Position numbers and translations under genes: made by a program. The notes beneath the pieces are model-generated. The model was not told where the DNA came from, ran no database searches, and worked only from the letters and a program-made list of their open reading frames with translations. Shown piece by piece: positions 49,580 through 64,000 of a DNA stretch of 64,000 bases. This DNA comes from Sporopachydermia quercuum (Eukaryota): NCBI GenBank assembly GCA_001599295.1, contig BCGN01000007.1, positions 1,105,791 through 1,169,790 on the forward strand, in the 5' to 3' direction. Each line of letters starts with the position of its first letter. Positions within the stretch are counted from its first letter, which is position 1.

Positions 49580-50751
49580 TTAACTGACGTAATCAAAAAA
49601 TAACAATAGAAGAGCAAACACGATAGACAGAATACATATTAATCTTGTAAGCTTCTTGTTACGTTTTCTGGCCGATTCAAGCTGTTTATTACCGGAAGAA
49701 AGGTTGTCTTGTGCTTGGAAAGAGTCATCCAGTAGACTGTTGATTTGTACTGACTGAGCAGACAAGTGTTGAGACAACTCACTCTGTAATTTCATAATCT
49801 CTAATAAGGACTGCTCGGCCATCTTAGCTTTCTCTAGCTGATTCTCCAAATCTTGAAGAATCGTCGTATTTTCTGTTTCTAGTTCCTGCAGTTGTTCTGG
49901 CTGGAGACTACTCACTAGATCCTGCGACTCTTGTAGTTCTTCTTGGGTCATTTTCAGAGGTGCACTTCCATTGCTCACCATGCCAACGCTTCCTGATNCT
50001 ATGAACATATCATCACCAGTATTCTCAGGCAGCTTATGCAAAATACTTTTATCAGCTTCTTCTTTCTTCCGCAGTCTGGCTTCTTGTTGTGATGACTCCA
50101 AGTTACTCACTTCTTTCAGTAAAATCCCTAATGATGAAATGATGCCTGACCTACATCTTGTGATGGAGTCATTGCTCAGTTGAGTCTTGGAAGGACCAAA
50201 AAAGCTCAAGGCCTTACGTTTTCCGAGTTTCTCGTTTCTGTCATGTTCATACTTCTCAAGAAATTTCAGCTTGTTTATAGCTGTTTGAATGATGCTACTT
50301 GCTTCGTAGTCGATATCATCTCTTTCTTGATCTGTCAAGACTATATTGCCTTCATGCTTAGAGCCGAAACCTTTAAATGATTCTTTATGGTGAGAAAACG
50401 GCGCAATGTTAGAAAGATATGCTGTTCTTATACGCAGAAGGTTTGCTCGTAGAGTTTTCAAATGTGTGTACTATTGATGTTAGTATGAGAAATGAGAAGC
50501 AATGGAAAATCGAAAAATTCAATGCACAATGCACAACGGAAACAATAGGAGGAAGTAAGGAAATAAATGGTCTTCATCTATCGTTTTTGAAGCAGATTTC
50601 ATGTTTGACATACAAGTTCCTTGCATTCAGAAAGAAAGCTATCTTGAAATAAAGGCTCAACAGGTTCTGGCTGTTGTTGATGATAGTCAATACTGTTTGA
50701 ATCTTTGACATGTCGTACACATTCTAAGAAGGCAGTAGTTAAGTCCGACAT
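49580..50751 (-). CDS. UFE1: ER t-SNARE Ufe1/syntaxin-18, 2 exons (50751-50614, 50470-49580), 342 aa
   Basis: N-peptide MSDLTTAF, DSFLSEC, LTDQERDDID, SNARE heptads and a C-terminal TM; intron GTATGT...TACTAAC...TAG. Confidence 0.92.
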
Positions 50752-51641
50752 GATGGAAAAAAGGTTGTCAAGAACACAACTTGCAGGCTTTCAAGTGATT
50801 CCGTATCTTGAAGCAATACCCCTAGCCAGATATATGATTATTTGATGTGATTTAGTGAAATAATGTGCAAGTATGCTTGAAATTCTAGTGGGCCTTGGCC
50901 TAGCCTAATATAGGTATCACCAGTTCTTGGTTCCCCGACAATGTAGATTTTAGGCTGCTGGCTGAATCTACGGCACAGCCATACTATAATTTAGCAGTTT
51001 TATCAATGCTTGTTTTTTGAGGGATTTTTCAATTAAATACAATGGCTATCACTAGTAAAGAAGGATGGATATGCGCTTAGTAAATGATGTATTAGAAAAG
51101 AATGAAGACAAAGTATGAAGATCAAGGAATAGGGTTAAGGTTTAACAACATGCAGTAGTAAGTGCAGGATAATGCATGAGTAGCTCTAAGAAGTAGATGA
51201 TAATACATTGAAGAAAGATAAACAATTGATGGAAATTGCAAAGCAAAAGTGCTGAAGAGACTATACATTGTATATTTATTTTTTATATTTTGCCTGGTTT
51301 TGATGAAATATACAAAATATGAACTGAGTGCGCCATAGTATTAAGGTTTGTACAGCTATCCATAACCATATTCTAACATCATCTCCGCTTCTAGATATTA
51401 TCTCCGTCATCTCAAACACTCATCAGCTTGCCAGCTACAATGGCTCTTTATTTCTAGACAAAATTGAGACAATTCAATAATNGCTGCAATAAGAACCTTA
51501 ATTTCATTGTATCCCCCACTTTTCCTCCCTTTTCAAATGTCCCAAATATCTCGCATTCTTATACCAAGACAACATTTATCATCAGTAAGCCCCATCTATT
51601 ACCTCCGAAATCTGATCCATTCCAATTCGGGCTATTTATTG

Positions 51642-52734
<1,093 letters not shown>

Positions 52735-54614
52735 GAGCATAGGATTGGTAGAATAATATGCGAGAGAAGTGAATATGAATATGAAAAATGATTGAAACGT
52801 CTATACATCTACAATCTTCACAACTATAAGGAAATATGAGTATTGGTGTTACTATACAAGTATGAGGTCTTTACAATTGCAGTTATAATAGATTTTGACT
52901 AGAAACATAAATATTTCATTGCTAGATTATAAATGCCTGACTGCAGCAATTATCACCACTTGCTGAACTGAAGCCCAAACGTATAGGTTTTGTTTTCCTG
53001 GTGATTTTGGTTGATTTTGTGTAATTTGCTTATTAGAAGCTAGGCTTTCGGTTCAGTTTCTTGCCGCATGNTTTTAGCGAATCCTCCAGTGAATCGTTTG
53101 TAAGTATGCAGCAGAAAAGTATGCAATGTATAGTTCTGACTGATGTGAGAGACATTAACTCACTACTGATTACATCTTCTGCTAGTTGCAAAGGCTATCG
53201 AAAAATAAACCGCTTCTTAATATTTCATTACTAATGGAAGCTGAATACTATGTGCAGTTCCATTATGTTCCAATACTGTTTTATGTTTATCCATGTTCTT
53301 TTTACTGTGTTGATTCATACATCAGATTTGACTGTAAGTATCTTTTTATTTAGTTGTCAATATATTGGTGCCAGCTTGTCAGCTCATTAGCAACTAGCAC
53401 CCTATAAGAGCAATGACTGAGTACATTATTGCTTATCTAATGTAATGACTTCTTTCTGCATATCTGCTCATAAACTATGCATGCAATTCGTTCGGATTAA
53501 ACATCTAGTCAGAAGAAAAGCCAGTGAATTTTCATAAAATCAGTGATTTAGAAGAAATGCTAGCAGATTCATTAGTAGAATTACTAGTAAATATNTATGT
53601 ATTCCAATGAGGAAAACCTTTCAGTTAGTTTGCTTCTTCTTAGTATAATACCTTTCACACTGTAGTCTTCTTCTAGAACATACAGGGTTCTTGTAGTGTG
53701 TAACAGCAAGAAGAAAGAAGAAGAAGCAAGAAACATATAACATATATATCTTGAATGTTCACATTAACTATAGAAGTAAAAGAGAACAACAAAATAAGAA
53801 AGATCTTTGCCATTGACAAGAAAACTAATCAACTACAACAGCTATAGATTTATAATGTACATTGATTAAATAGCTAAGCATTGTTTAATACAATATTGAT
53901 AATAGTAATGTTAACGATAATATGATAATAATAACAATAACATATAAAAATTATTATACGTTAATATCAATAACAATGATAATCCAAATAATAATTCATC
54001 ATGTGCTTCCAGTCCGTTTGTTCAAACTCATCCAACGCATTTCTTCATTCATTCTTTTCCCTTTCAGGTTTTTTCAATTTTTTTTTTTTAGGAGACAACT
54101 AGCTATTTTACTTCCAGCATAAATAGACAGAAATATGTCTTTCCAAGACCATTGAGTAGACTGCCTGAATATTAATGAATACCATAGTGAATTCAAATTG
54201 TTCATGCACTCATGCTAGACAGATCAACCAAAAGGTATAGTGTAGAGTACTACTATAAACAATAATACTTCTGCTAATAGTAGTGCTATTGTTGATAACA
54301 ACAATAATATTACACCATAGTTACTGCCGTCATCACTAGTTATACTATGCTGTATTGTTGAGACCATATTGCTGCTACAGATTGTTGGTAACCTACTTTT
54401 AGTCGTTTTCAAGTTCCTCTGCCTAATTCCAGTACGTTTGTCTCGTTTGGCACGCAGAATAAGTAACAATTCACTAGGAAACTATTCCTCGGTAATTTCC
54501 ATATCCTGTGTGACTATTCCTTCAGCGATGCCCTGGGAGTTCTTTCTCATAGAATAAATAAACAATATGGCTGTAGCTACAAGTGAATGCATTTATCACC
54601 GTTCCTGTTGCTCA

Positions 54615-57395
54615 TTACATGATAGAAACTCTCCTACTTCTAGTTACCCGTTTACTGCTCTTTCTAACCGCTGCTTCCAAACCGTTCATTTTCAAGTCGT
54701 TTATTTCATCGTCGTCGAAGTCAAAGATACTTGCAGTGTTAGAAACATCTTTCAACACTTCGATTTGGCTGGATTTCCGTTTTCTTGCTGCTCTGGTCGA
54801 AATATTGCTTAGTTGTTTGATAGGAGGAAACTCAGGATCTACACTTGAAGAGTCGGACTTGTTGATAGTGTTGCTAGTATTGCTGGCATTACTGGTATCT
54901 CTAGTTACCGGATCATCGTCCTGTTGCTTCTGCTGATCACTTTCATTATCGTTATCATTATCGTTATAAACTTTCATGCTTTCTCCAGCATTTCTTCTGC
55001 TTATTCTTCTGTTTCTAGATGATTTTCTTCTAGTGATTAAGCTGTTTCTCTCTTCTAATTGGTTATAGTTTGGTTCATTTGGCTCTGAATTGTTTTCCGT
55101 TGGCTGTATAGGCGCGTTTTCTTGTTTTATAGGACTATTATTACTGTCATTACCGTTGCTGTTGCTGTTATTGTCAGAATTAGTAGGAATAGAAGTAGAA
55201 CTAGCATTACTAGTATGAGCACTACTATCTGTTCTAAAGCTATCCCTTGTGCTTCTTCTACTGTTTCTAGAGCTACTGCCCCCCCTAATATGCTTATCTT
55301 CTGGCTCTTCTTCCTTTACGACTTCCCCGTTTGCCCCTCCTGCCCCACTAGTCCTGTGTCCTGCTTTACTCTTACCCCGTTTCCTTTCCTCGTCTATCAG
55401 TATTAACTCTATTTCATCATCCGCATCGCAGATCGCGGGGGCCAAAACTGCCGTCGGTCTCCGCAGCTTCGTATTAAGACTCTGTTCCTTATAGTTCACT
55501 GGTTTTCTTTGCCTTCGAATCCGGCCTGTAAATGTGTTACTGCTGTTACTATTACCGTTATTGCTACTACCATTTGCATCATGCTCTTCATTATGTAGAC
55601 TGTTGATACTATGAGGCATTTTCTCAGTAGTCAAGGCAATAGACAATGCTTTGTTTCGTGAGCTTTTAGGTGGAGGAGGTTTTCTGGGTTGAGGTGGCTG
55701 GGAGGCGGTAGGAGAAGCGTTGATGGCGTTTAAATGGGTAGTTGAATGGATATTTAGCTTGTTGTTCGCATGGCTATAGTTGATGCATCTATCAGAAAGA
55801 GCTTTTCTAGCTGAATGGCCTAACTCGGAGTCAGTATTGTTGGTACTATTGCTACTGTTGATACTCACTGTACTGTTTTCCTTACTGTACTTTCTCCCCT
55901 TTCTATCCTTATGATTCTCCGGCTTGTTCATATTATTACCCCTATCGTTGATTCCTTTTCCCTCGCCTATGCATTCATTTTCCTTGTTGTTAAACACGGT
56001 GGAGTTCCTTCTGGCATGTTTTGAGGTTGTTTTGTTCTTCTTGGTTGTTTCTCTGTTGCTTGGTGGCAGAATGTGTATTTCCTGCCGAGTGTCGATAGGG
56101 CTGATGATAGCTAATTGGATAGGAATATCAGGAGAGTCGGGAGACTTTGTAGAAGTATCGGAAAGAGAAATAACGGAATTAATGTTATTTAGTGATTTGT
56201 TACCTTCTTTGTTTCCTTTTTTGTTTTCATCTTCATTTATTTCCTCTTCTTCTTCTATTATAACGTCTGTTGTAGATAGAGACAGTGAGTCTTGGTCGTA
56301 GATAGAGCTGTTGATAGGAATAGGAACAGAAATTACAGAAGAGTTAGAGTTAATGTTATTATCTTCATTATCGGTTGTCGTTTCCCTTAATTCATAGTGA
56401 GAACTTTCATTCCTGGACCTATTTTCATTGTTGTCAGTTTGAACATCACCTTCACTACTATTATTACCATTAGTATGCTCAGAATCTGTGGTTTTCTCAG
56501 CTATAGCTTTTTCAGTGATATCAACGCACATTTGGTATTCATTTTCCCTGTTGCCATTGCTGCAAGAATCACCATTATAGCTGCCGTCAGCATTGTCGCT
56601 ATGACCCGCATCGTTATAGCTGTTCCCACTATTTCTGTTGATTACGGTGTGGCTTATAATCTCAAGCTCCTCTTGCTGATTCGCACTTTCATTCTCAGCC
56701 TCATTTGCCATCTCGCTTTCCGTGGGAACAATGACAATTGACTTCCTTCTGCTTGATCTTCTCCTTTTAGCAATCTTATGNCACTTTTCATCTTCCGGAG
56801 AAAAAGGTTTTCCTTTGGCCATTTTATTCTCATATAATCTAGTTTCTATACTAAGATGAGAGCTAGAGATGTTCTCTCTAGTTAATTCATTGCTTGGAGG
56901 GTCCTGCGAACAGTCTTTTGCCGCTGCATTACTTGGTGATGGTCCTAGCTCTAAGCTATCCGCAAGAGCAGACCTTTGGAGCAACAAAGGTATTCCTGTA
57001 GATGGCGCACTCTTAATAGCTTTTCTTTCTTGTAATATTTCTCTAGATGTTCCGTTCCAGCTGTTTAGCCCTTCGTTTTCTCTCAATTCGGCAAACACAT
57101 TGCTTATCTCTTCGAACTTTCCAACTACAAATTCCTGTAGGTAATTTAGGTGAGCTTCAAGCTTCTGTTGCTGATGCTCCAATGCTTCATTTTTCTCACT
57201 TCGCAGTTGCAGGTTTTCCCTTATCAACTGCGAAACTCTTTCTTCCAATGAGGATATCTTAGACATCATGGAAGAGTTCGCTTTGGCAAATGCTCTGTTC
57301 TGTAGAATCAGTTTCCTTCTTGCGAGGTCCAAATGTTCTATTTCCAGTGTCTTCTGGCCTGGGATCAGTTTATTATCGATGGCTAATTTGGCCAT
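54615..57395 (-). CDS. SGO1: Shugoshin, about 926 aa
   Basis: N-terminal coiled coil RRKLILQNRAFAKANSSMMSKISSLE; basic SGO motif RRQRKPVNYKEQSLNTKLRR; convergent with CDC21 as in S. cerevisiae; first in-frame ATG at 57395. Confidence 0.9.
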   Translation of the reverse strand: MAKLAIDNKLIPGQKTLEIEHLDLARRKLILQNRAFAKANSSMMSKISSLEERVSQLIRENLQLRSEKNEALEHQQQKLEAHLNYLQEFVVGKFEEISNVFAELRENEGLNSWNGTSREILQERKAIKSAPSTGIPLLLQRSALADSLELGPSPSNAAAKDCSQDPPSNELTRENISSSHLSIETRLYENKMAKGKPFSPEDEKXHKIAKRRRSSRRKSIVIVPTESEMANEAENESANQQEELEIISHTVINRNSGNSYNDAGHSDNADGSYNGDSCSNGNRENEYQMCVDITEKAIAEKTTDSEHTNGNNSSEGDVQTDNNENRSRNESSHYELRETTTDNEDNNINSNSSVISVPIPINSSIYDQDSLSLSTTDVIIEEEEEINEDENKKGNKEGNKSLNNINSVISLSDTSTKSPDSPDIPIQLAIISPIDTRQEIHILPPSNRETTKKNKTTSKHARRNSTVFNNKENECIGEGKGINDRGNNMNKPENHKDRKGRKYSKENSTVSINSSNSTNNTDSELGHSARKALSDRCINYSHANNKLNIHSTTHLNAINASPTASQPPQPRKPPPPKSSRNKALSIALTTEKMPHSINSLHNEEHDANGSSNNGNSNSSNTFTGRIRRQRKPVNYKEQSLNTKLRRPTAVLAPAICDADDEIELILIDEERKRGKSKAGHRTSGAGGANGEVVKEEEPEDKHIRGGSSSRNSRRSTRDSFRTDSSAHTSNASSTSIPTNSDNNSNSNGNDSNNSPIKQENAPIQPTENNSEPNEPNYNQLEERNSLITRRKSSRNRRISRRNAGESMKVYNDNDNDNESDQQKQQDDDPVTRDTSNASNTSNTINKSDSSSVDPEFPPIKQLSNISTRAARKRKSSQIEVLKDVSNTASIFDFDDDEINDLKMNGLEAAVRKSSKRVTRSRRVSIM

Positions 57396-58607
57396 GGCAT
57401 TTTCAAAAGCTAGAACTGGTAGCAAGTTTGGAAGTAGTATAATAGCTGGGTTAATAGCTTGGGAGAAGTAGTCAGAAACTTTTTGTGTATGGTAAGTGAG
57501 TGTGGAGGATGTGCTGAGCTGGGTAAGTTACTATTGATAGTGCTGGAAACGTAAAATGCTGGTATTTGATAGCGATGACTGATTCTCTGGTATTTTTAGC
57601 GTTTTCTCCTTCTGCTTTTGCCGTTGTTGCTTCTATTCGCGCACTCCTCCTATAGAGGTGATCCGATGTGTGTGTGGTGATGTGCCGTCAGGCGATCGAC
57701 TGCTATAGATTTCTTGGCTAAAAACAGCTCTTGAAAAGCCTAAATTGTAGTTTTCCAGATAAAACTATTTGCCGATCAAATAAACTGCTTTAATTTCTTC
57801 TAAGCATATGGAAAATAACAGATTATCCAACAGTTGATGCTCTCTTGTATGTGGTTGAGAAAAAAAAGGGCCTTCGAAAGAATGACGGTTTTGTGTTTAT
57901 GTGCTTCCTGAATGGGATAAAAGAACGATAGGAATATATGATTATGTGATTTATATTTGGAAACTTTCTGATTATGTAATCTAGTAAGTGAATTTGCTGG
58001 AGGTCAATATAGTGAATGGCTAGTGATGTGGTATTAGGGTTCTTCTAATATTTACAGATAAATATTAATTATTAATACCAAGAATTGGATATCACTTTTA
58101 CTTGTTTTTCTTTTCATGGAGCTTTATACTCAGTAATTGATTAGCATACTGTTTACCTATTTCCATTGTCCTAGAAAAGCCGAGATAGTTGCTTTCAATA
58201 TCATCTCCGCTTTACCCAAACACGCCCTTGAAATGAGACGCAATATTATTCTTCTCTCATGTGACTTTTGTTTATCTATCCTATCTTTTCTCCTTGCCGT
58301 TTTCTTCTTTTACTGTAGCTATTCTAACTATTATTAGTGAATGTGATTACTAGCTACAACCCTTTTATTGTTGTTACTGCAAATAGATTATTTTGCAACG
58401 AATACTATTGAATAGCTACTGTTTTATCTCAGTCTTGAATCAGCGTTCCATCACCAAATAATCAACTGTTTGAAAACCTGTACCGGAAACTCTCAGTAGA
58501 CACAGTATCATATTCTCTGCATTGTATGATTCATTATTGAAGATCTGCTTGCCGGAATAAACAAACAAATACTGAGATTTCTTTCAAATATTAAAACATC
58601 CTCAACA

Positions 58608-59395
58608 ATGATGCGTCCTGCAACTCGAGCAAGAAACGAAAGAAAGAGTATGTTGAACACCGCAAGCAGTCAACAGCCAGTAATACTACAAACTAGAGAG
58701 CAAGCGTTGCGAAGCAAGATTGAAACTAAGAAGCAGGAACTAGAAGCATTGATGATCATAAAACAGCTTAGTTTGAACATGTCTAATCAAATGGAATCAC
58801 TGAAAAGTAGTCTAGAAACATTAGCTGATGGCTCAGAAGGTATGTGTATCAGGAGATGTTTATCTATGGAACGATTTGCTGTTGATTTGCAGTTAATTAT
58901 CAGCTGATTTTCAGGAACAGCTTTATCTTCGGTGCTGAAAAGGACCTGTAGGCACATTTCAGAACCATTTACTAACGAAATGGAAACAGCTGTTGCACAG
59001 GTTGTGTCGAACTGGAACAACATTCTCAGTGCCATCTCTTTAGCCTCAAGTAAGTGTTTTTTCTTGTGTGATAAATTGGCATAAATAAGTATTGATAGTG
59101 ATTTGGCAGATAATTGATTAATGTTAAGGCGCTGTTGATGATGATGTCAAATGCACTGGCCAACTAGCGCGACGATTGTATCAAGCTGGTTGACTATGGG
59201 ATATCTCTACCTACTATTCAATGTGATAAACTCCTGTTCACTCTTGGCTATCCTTTTATCTTACGCTTCATGTGCTCATTCACTAACATTCAATTAGGAG
59301 GTCTTGCTAACTATGCTGAAGATACAAACGAAGAACAAAGCGATTCTGTTCTTTTACCCGAACAACTAGTTAGAATGCGCAGAGAAGGATTGTAA
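58608..59395 (+). CDS. DAD2: DASH/Dam1 complex subunit Dad2, 3 exons (58608-58839, 58990-59049, 59298-59395), 129 aa
   Basis: KIETKKQELEAL...LADGSE|AVAQVVSNWNNILSAISLAS...LPEQLVR; two GT-AG introns with ACTAAC branch points. Confidence 0.93.
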
Positions 59396-60672
59396 GAGTA
59401 GCAAGTAAACCGTGCAACAGGCTACCTGTTCGAACATCGAGTATTGGCTGTCTCCAGGTTCAATGCTGCGGGTTCAGCCTTCAGGAACAATCAACAGCAA
59501 TTAACTCGTTTCAGTTATGGCTATTATCAGCCCTTTCAAGCTTGCATGATTGGTTCTTATTGGGCAATCCCGGTTCTCATTCCGACTAGAATTCTGTGTT
59601 CTTTCCAATAATGATTGAAACCTGAAAGTCTTGTTGAGAAGAATACTCTGGAGTACCATATTGATATAGCCAACACTAATGGTTAGCTCTAACGGAAAGA
59701 ATCCAACTTATTCTAGAAAGTACAGCATATTCAGTGCTGCTGAGAGTATAATTGAGATCATCAGAAAAGCCAATCAGCAATGGACGATTGACAATTGCCA
59801 ATTGTCAACAGATAACTTGAGTCATTTCGATAGAAGGATAGATTACAAATATTAATTATTCTGAATAGCCTCACAGTGCCATCGGAAGGAAAGAATTATA
59901 CAGGTAAATGTTACTATCTATATTCTTCTATCATAGTCTTCTATCACAGTCTAAGCGTAATATCTTCGTTGCTCAGTTATTTCTAATTGCGCTGCCCGCT
60001 CATAGCTCATAGTATGTGCTGGTAGTGTGTACTGTGAAGACTAAAGCAAGTAAATATAGTAGATCTTTGTTTTCACTTCAAGCGTTTACGTTTACTTGTT
60101 TATTCCGACAATAAACTCCTCACATTTTACTGACGATAATTATGAATTGTGCCGTACTTCTTCTACAGCTATAATTNATGAAGAGGTCAAGTGCTGATAA
60201 TCACAGCTTTGTTAAATACTACTTTACTGTGTGATCAGTTTTCTTGATTATACAATGCGTGCTATAATTATAGTGATTATACATTATAATGCAATGTCAA
60301 TGCTGCAGTAGATAGTAACAGATATTAATAGAATTAATGAACATTGTAAATATTAATAGATTCTGGCCTTTCAATAGAACTGATACATATGTTAATACCC
60401 AACTAATTAAGGTCCAGTACATATGTCGTGCAAGCATAACCCAATCAAAGAACGAACGTTGTTTGCAATTAAATTAAGTTCCTCAGGTGTATTGGTGCGG
60501 TTTATCAGTATTCTTTCGTTAATCAACATAAAGTATTCAGTTCCGGCTGTTGATAGTTACCATTGTTAGTTAATCAACGATTAGGAAGAAACCATTCTGC
60601 TGTGAGTGCTCATTATGCCCCTTATAATTCATCATCCCACACCAATTCCATCGTGCTCTCTCATCTTACCTG

Positions 60673-63600
60673 TCAAACAGCCTCCTTCGCAGCATTCTCA
60701 ACATTTGCTATGAACTTTTCCAATACTTGGCTATCAATAGATCTCACTGCATTGAAAACTGACTCAATCTCTGCTTTATACTGCTTCATTCCATTGCTTT
60801 GCTTGTCGGGATAATAGGGTGCATAAGTAGTTTCAACATCAGGCATTGAACTAATCGATTGAATAATTGCATTAGCGAATGGTTCATCTATAGATAGTAC
60901 TCCTGTTCANTTGAGTTAGTGATTGTTCGTTTTGAAGGAGAAAAGGTTAAATAGAAAGAAGAAAGCCAGCAAAGAAAAGAGGGTCGTCAGTGAATAATAT
61001 GTACTTCTAGCACTTTAAGACGTACTATGTATGATATAATGCGACGATGATGNTTGTTGCTTGCAGTTTAATAATAATAGCTATAATTATGAAACCCCGC
61101 AGTTTCTGTTCTTTCTATATTAATCAATGCTTTTATTGTCGTTATTGTCAACATTGATGATATTGTCGAATTGATTAATTAGCTGTTACATTTCTGTTGC
61201 TAGTTCAAGTAACAATAATTAATCAACTACAACTAATGCATACCGAGGTATGAACAGAAATTTGAAATCGACAGTAGTTGTACTTTTCGCACTACTACCA
61301 GAAATAGCAACATCAGTTAATGACAACACTAACTCCGCGCACGAACATTATTTTAATATACCATTGAAATAGTTGAATTTCGCATTGACATTAATTAACA
61401 TGGTATTCACACTTTCTCACCTATTTTGTCCCAAATGATTCAAACAAAATGCTTACCGTCGATATATAAGTTAACTAGTGTCTTATACAGATAGCTTGTT
61501 CTCACGTTATTCTTCTCAATGTTTTCCCTATTTATATTCCATTAGCACTTATTCACCGAATCATCAACCACCAATCATTTACCAAATCATCAACCAAAAG
61601 CTTGCCACTTACCTATCATACTCCAATACTCTTAGCCAGATAACTTCTCGTAGTGACCTTTTAACTTCCTCTCCATCACGAATATATTCCAACACTGTAA
61701 CGCCAATGCTATACAGCTTATCCATACTATCATTAAAAAGTCTTTGCAGTGTAATTAAGTCAATCAATTCTACAAGCACCAAGTCCTCCTTTTTATAGAC
61801 AATTTGGTTATACACATATTTCAAAATTGTAGCTGACAACGGTGCTTTTTTTCCTTCCTCAAGCTCAGTAGCTCTTGTTAGAATGCTCTGTTTCAAATCG
61901 TTGCCATTGATACTCTGAATAAGCGAAAGATATTGCTGTTCACCTCTCAGCAAAGGTAGTTTATGTTGAATGTACTTCATTTCAATTCTGCTGCCGCTGT
62001 TGGTGCTAGCGGTGTTACTATTATTTTTGTTGCTACTAGCAAGTAATCCAAGTTTCGCCAATGACAGTTGCAGAATCCTGTTATCCAATCCTTGCTTATT
62101 GTTCTTCCCACTCTGGAACAACCCTTTGATTCCATTTTCATATTCTCCTGCCTCTAGTCGATACTCGATGATCCATCTGATAGGTCCCACTACATCAGTG
62201 TATTTGGCCAGAAGCTCATTCCGCAACGCCTTTTCTTCAGGGAACTCCATCAGCAGATCATACAATTTCCCCTGGTTGATGAAATAGACACAGTACTGTT
62301 CAAACAGTGGTTTCCCATACAGTTTAAACAGATTACTCATAGTGCTTTGAAAATGTTGATGCTCCTCTGAATTAAATCCAAAGTTTGCTATAATGGACTC
62401 TCTCTTGATGTTGGAGATGGAAACGATAGCCGGCAGAATAGCAAACTCCTCAGCTAGAAGGAAAGCTATACTATGGTTGTTGGTAGTTGTAAGAAGTTCC
62501 AGCCAGTCATTTTGAGCTGTTTTGATCGTTTTCCAATGGCTGATAGCTCCATCTCCAGATCTATTGCTAGTACTAGTGAAATCATCACTAATCAAACGTG
62601 TCTTTTCACAAGAGACTTTCAGCATAAATCGAACAAGTTCTGGCAGCTTCTTAACCAGATTTTCATCTACTGANGTGCTACTTATTCGTTTTCTTACCCC
62701 TTCATATAGTCTTCCCAGCTGTTTGAACAGATCTATACTACTAATCCATGTTTCGGTATTCGCAACAAACTGTTCTTCGTACTCAGGAAACACTTGAGGA
62801 TAGAAAAAGCTTCTGAAGTCTCCAATAGCTTTGCTCAAACACTCAGCCAGTTTCAGCCCAATAGAAATATTGTCATTGGTCTTATTATACTCTCCTATCT
62901 CTCTATCATCTGTTTTCCTGTCTAGTACTAGTTTTAGCATATCAACAATGAACAGCATGCAATCGCTAAGCCGGAATTCAATCAGATCATCAATGGACAC
63001 TCTGCTGGACTCGTTTATATAGGAAAAAATATTGCTCAGATCGTTGTCGGCTTGGAATAAGGATAGAAGCTCCTTCAGGACAGTGACTTGTTCTAAAGCT
63101 GTAATAGCGGTCAGTCGGGAAGATGCATCTAGTTGGAACAGCAGTCCGGTGCTCTTAAGGAAATAAACCAGTCGCCACAGGGCTACTTCCTTAAACAAGG
63201 CAATATCGTCAATAGATTGCAATAATGGTGCGAAATAGATCCAGGAGCCATCGGAGATAGAAGTGATGATTTGCAGAGTTGCAGTGGTGAGCTCCGCAGG
63301 CGATTCTATCATCAGGGGGATGTTATCAAAGCGTAGGATGTTTCCTGGCTCCATTCCGTAGATTATAGCTTGACTGATTTTGCTTTTAATAAGAGAGAGA
63401 TGAGATGAGTTTGCCGGAGATGTAGTGATAGTGGCTCTATCTGTCTTGGTTGTAGAAGTACTTGTTGTAGATCTGGTGGAATCAGTTGGGTTAGTGAACC
63501 GTTCAATCTCCATGATACCGAAGCCCTGAACAAATAGCAGAACAGTGGAATTAGTAGAGCACATGCCTATAACACTAGTACCACCATTAACACTACCATT

Positions 63601-64000
63601 ACCATAGCTGCCGCCGAAAACCATCCCACTGTAAGCATCCTGAGCCCCAATGCCTACAATTCGAACTGAAGAATCAAACAGTACCAAATCCTCCCAACGT
63701 AGCTTTGAACCTTCGTCTGCTGAATTGCCATTTACTTCTGCTTGCATTCCTATGCTTGGTGGTAGAGCATCGATAAGAACTACACCGTATTCAAATACAA
63801 TATAAGCTGTGTTCCCAGGAGCAGGAAGCACTATCTGAGGAACCACTGAACCTCCAATTGCCGCTACGCAGCCTTTCAGTTCATGAGCACTACGGATATT
63901 TGAATAGGATCCTGCTTCAGTATTAAACAGCATATATACTCTCTTGTCGTTGCTATAAGTCGAAAAAGATGTGAGAAGCAGCAGACTGTCGTCGATGGGG
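60673..64000 (-). CDS. NUP133: Nucleoporin Nup133, 5' end outside the window; exons >64000-61613, 61527-61457, 60902-60673
   Basis: Frame open to the window edge; KSKISQAIIYG, AFLLAEEF, LQLSLAKL, LIDLITL, IWLRV and YLYKTL motifs; convergent with DAD2 as in S. cerevisiae. Confidence 0.85.

Noticed and set aside
59130..59250. Box C/D snoRNA in DAD2 intron 2 (ATGATGA)
   Set aside because: No downstream CTGA box D or terminal stem within the intron.

Overview
Eukaryotic window from an AT-rich, unusually intron-rich budding yeast (Saccharomycotina-like; CUG read as Leu at conserved sites). About 20 protein-coding genes: a LAM/LTC GRAM-VASt sterol transporter, a CorA-family transporter, an uncharacterised probably mitochondrial protein, a Ksp1/Fmp48-like kinase, SPO11, AIM17, enolase, SRP40, a cytochrome-b5 reductase, NDC80, PAN6, HBS1/SKI7, a NECAP-like protein, MRPL20, PRP16, UFE1, CDC21, SGO1, DAD2 and the 3' part of NUP133. 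I reconstructed 19 coding-region introns by hand. The most interesting locus is HBS1: one intron has two in-frame 3' splice sites 972 nt apart, which include or exclude a block of Ski7-type motifs, so one gene probably encodes both Hbs1 and Ski7. That mechanism is known in other fungi, so it is not new in kind. Other leads are candidate UTR introns (NUP133 3'UTR, AIM17 5'UTR), weak splice signals in SPO11, an anchor-less b5 reductase with a myristoylation motif, gene order interleaving two S. cerevisiae WGD sister regions, and TCCG/CGGA-rich compositional domains. No tRNA, rRNA, CRISPR or intact transposon was seen. Gene names come from recognised motifs, not database searches.
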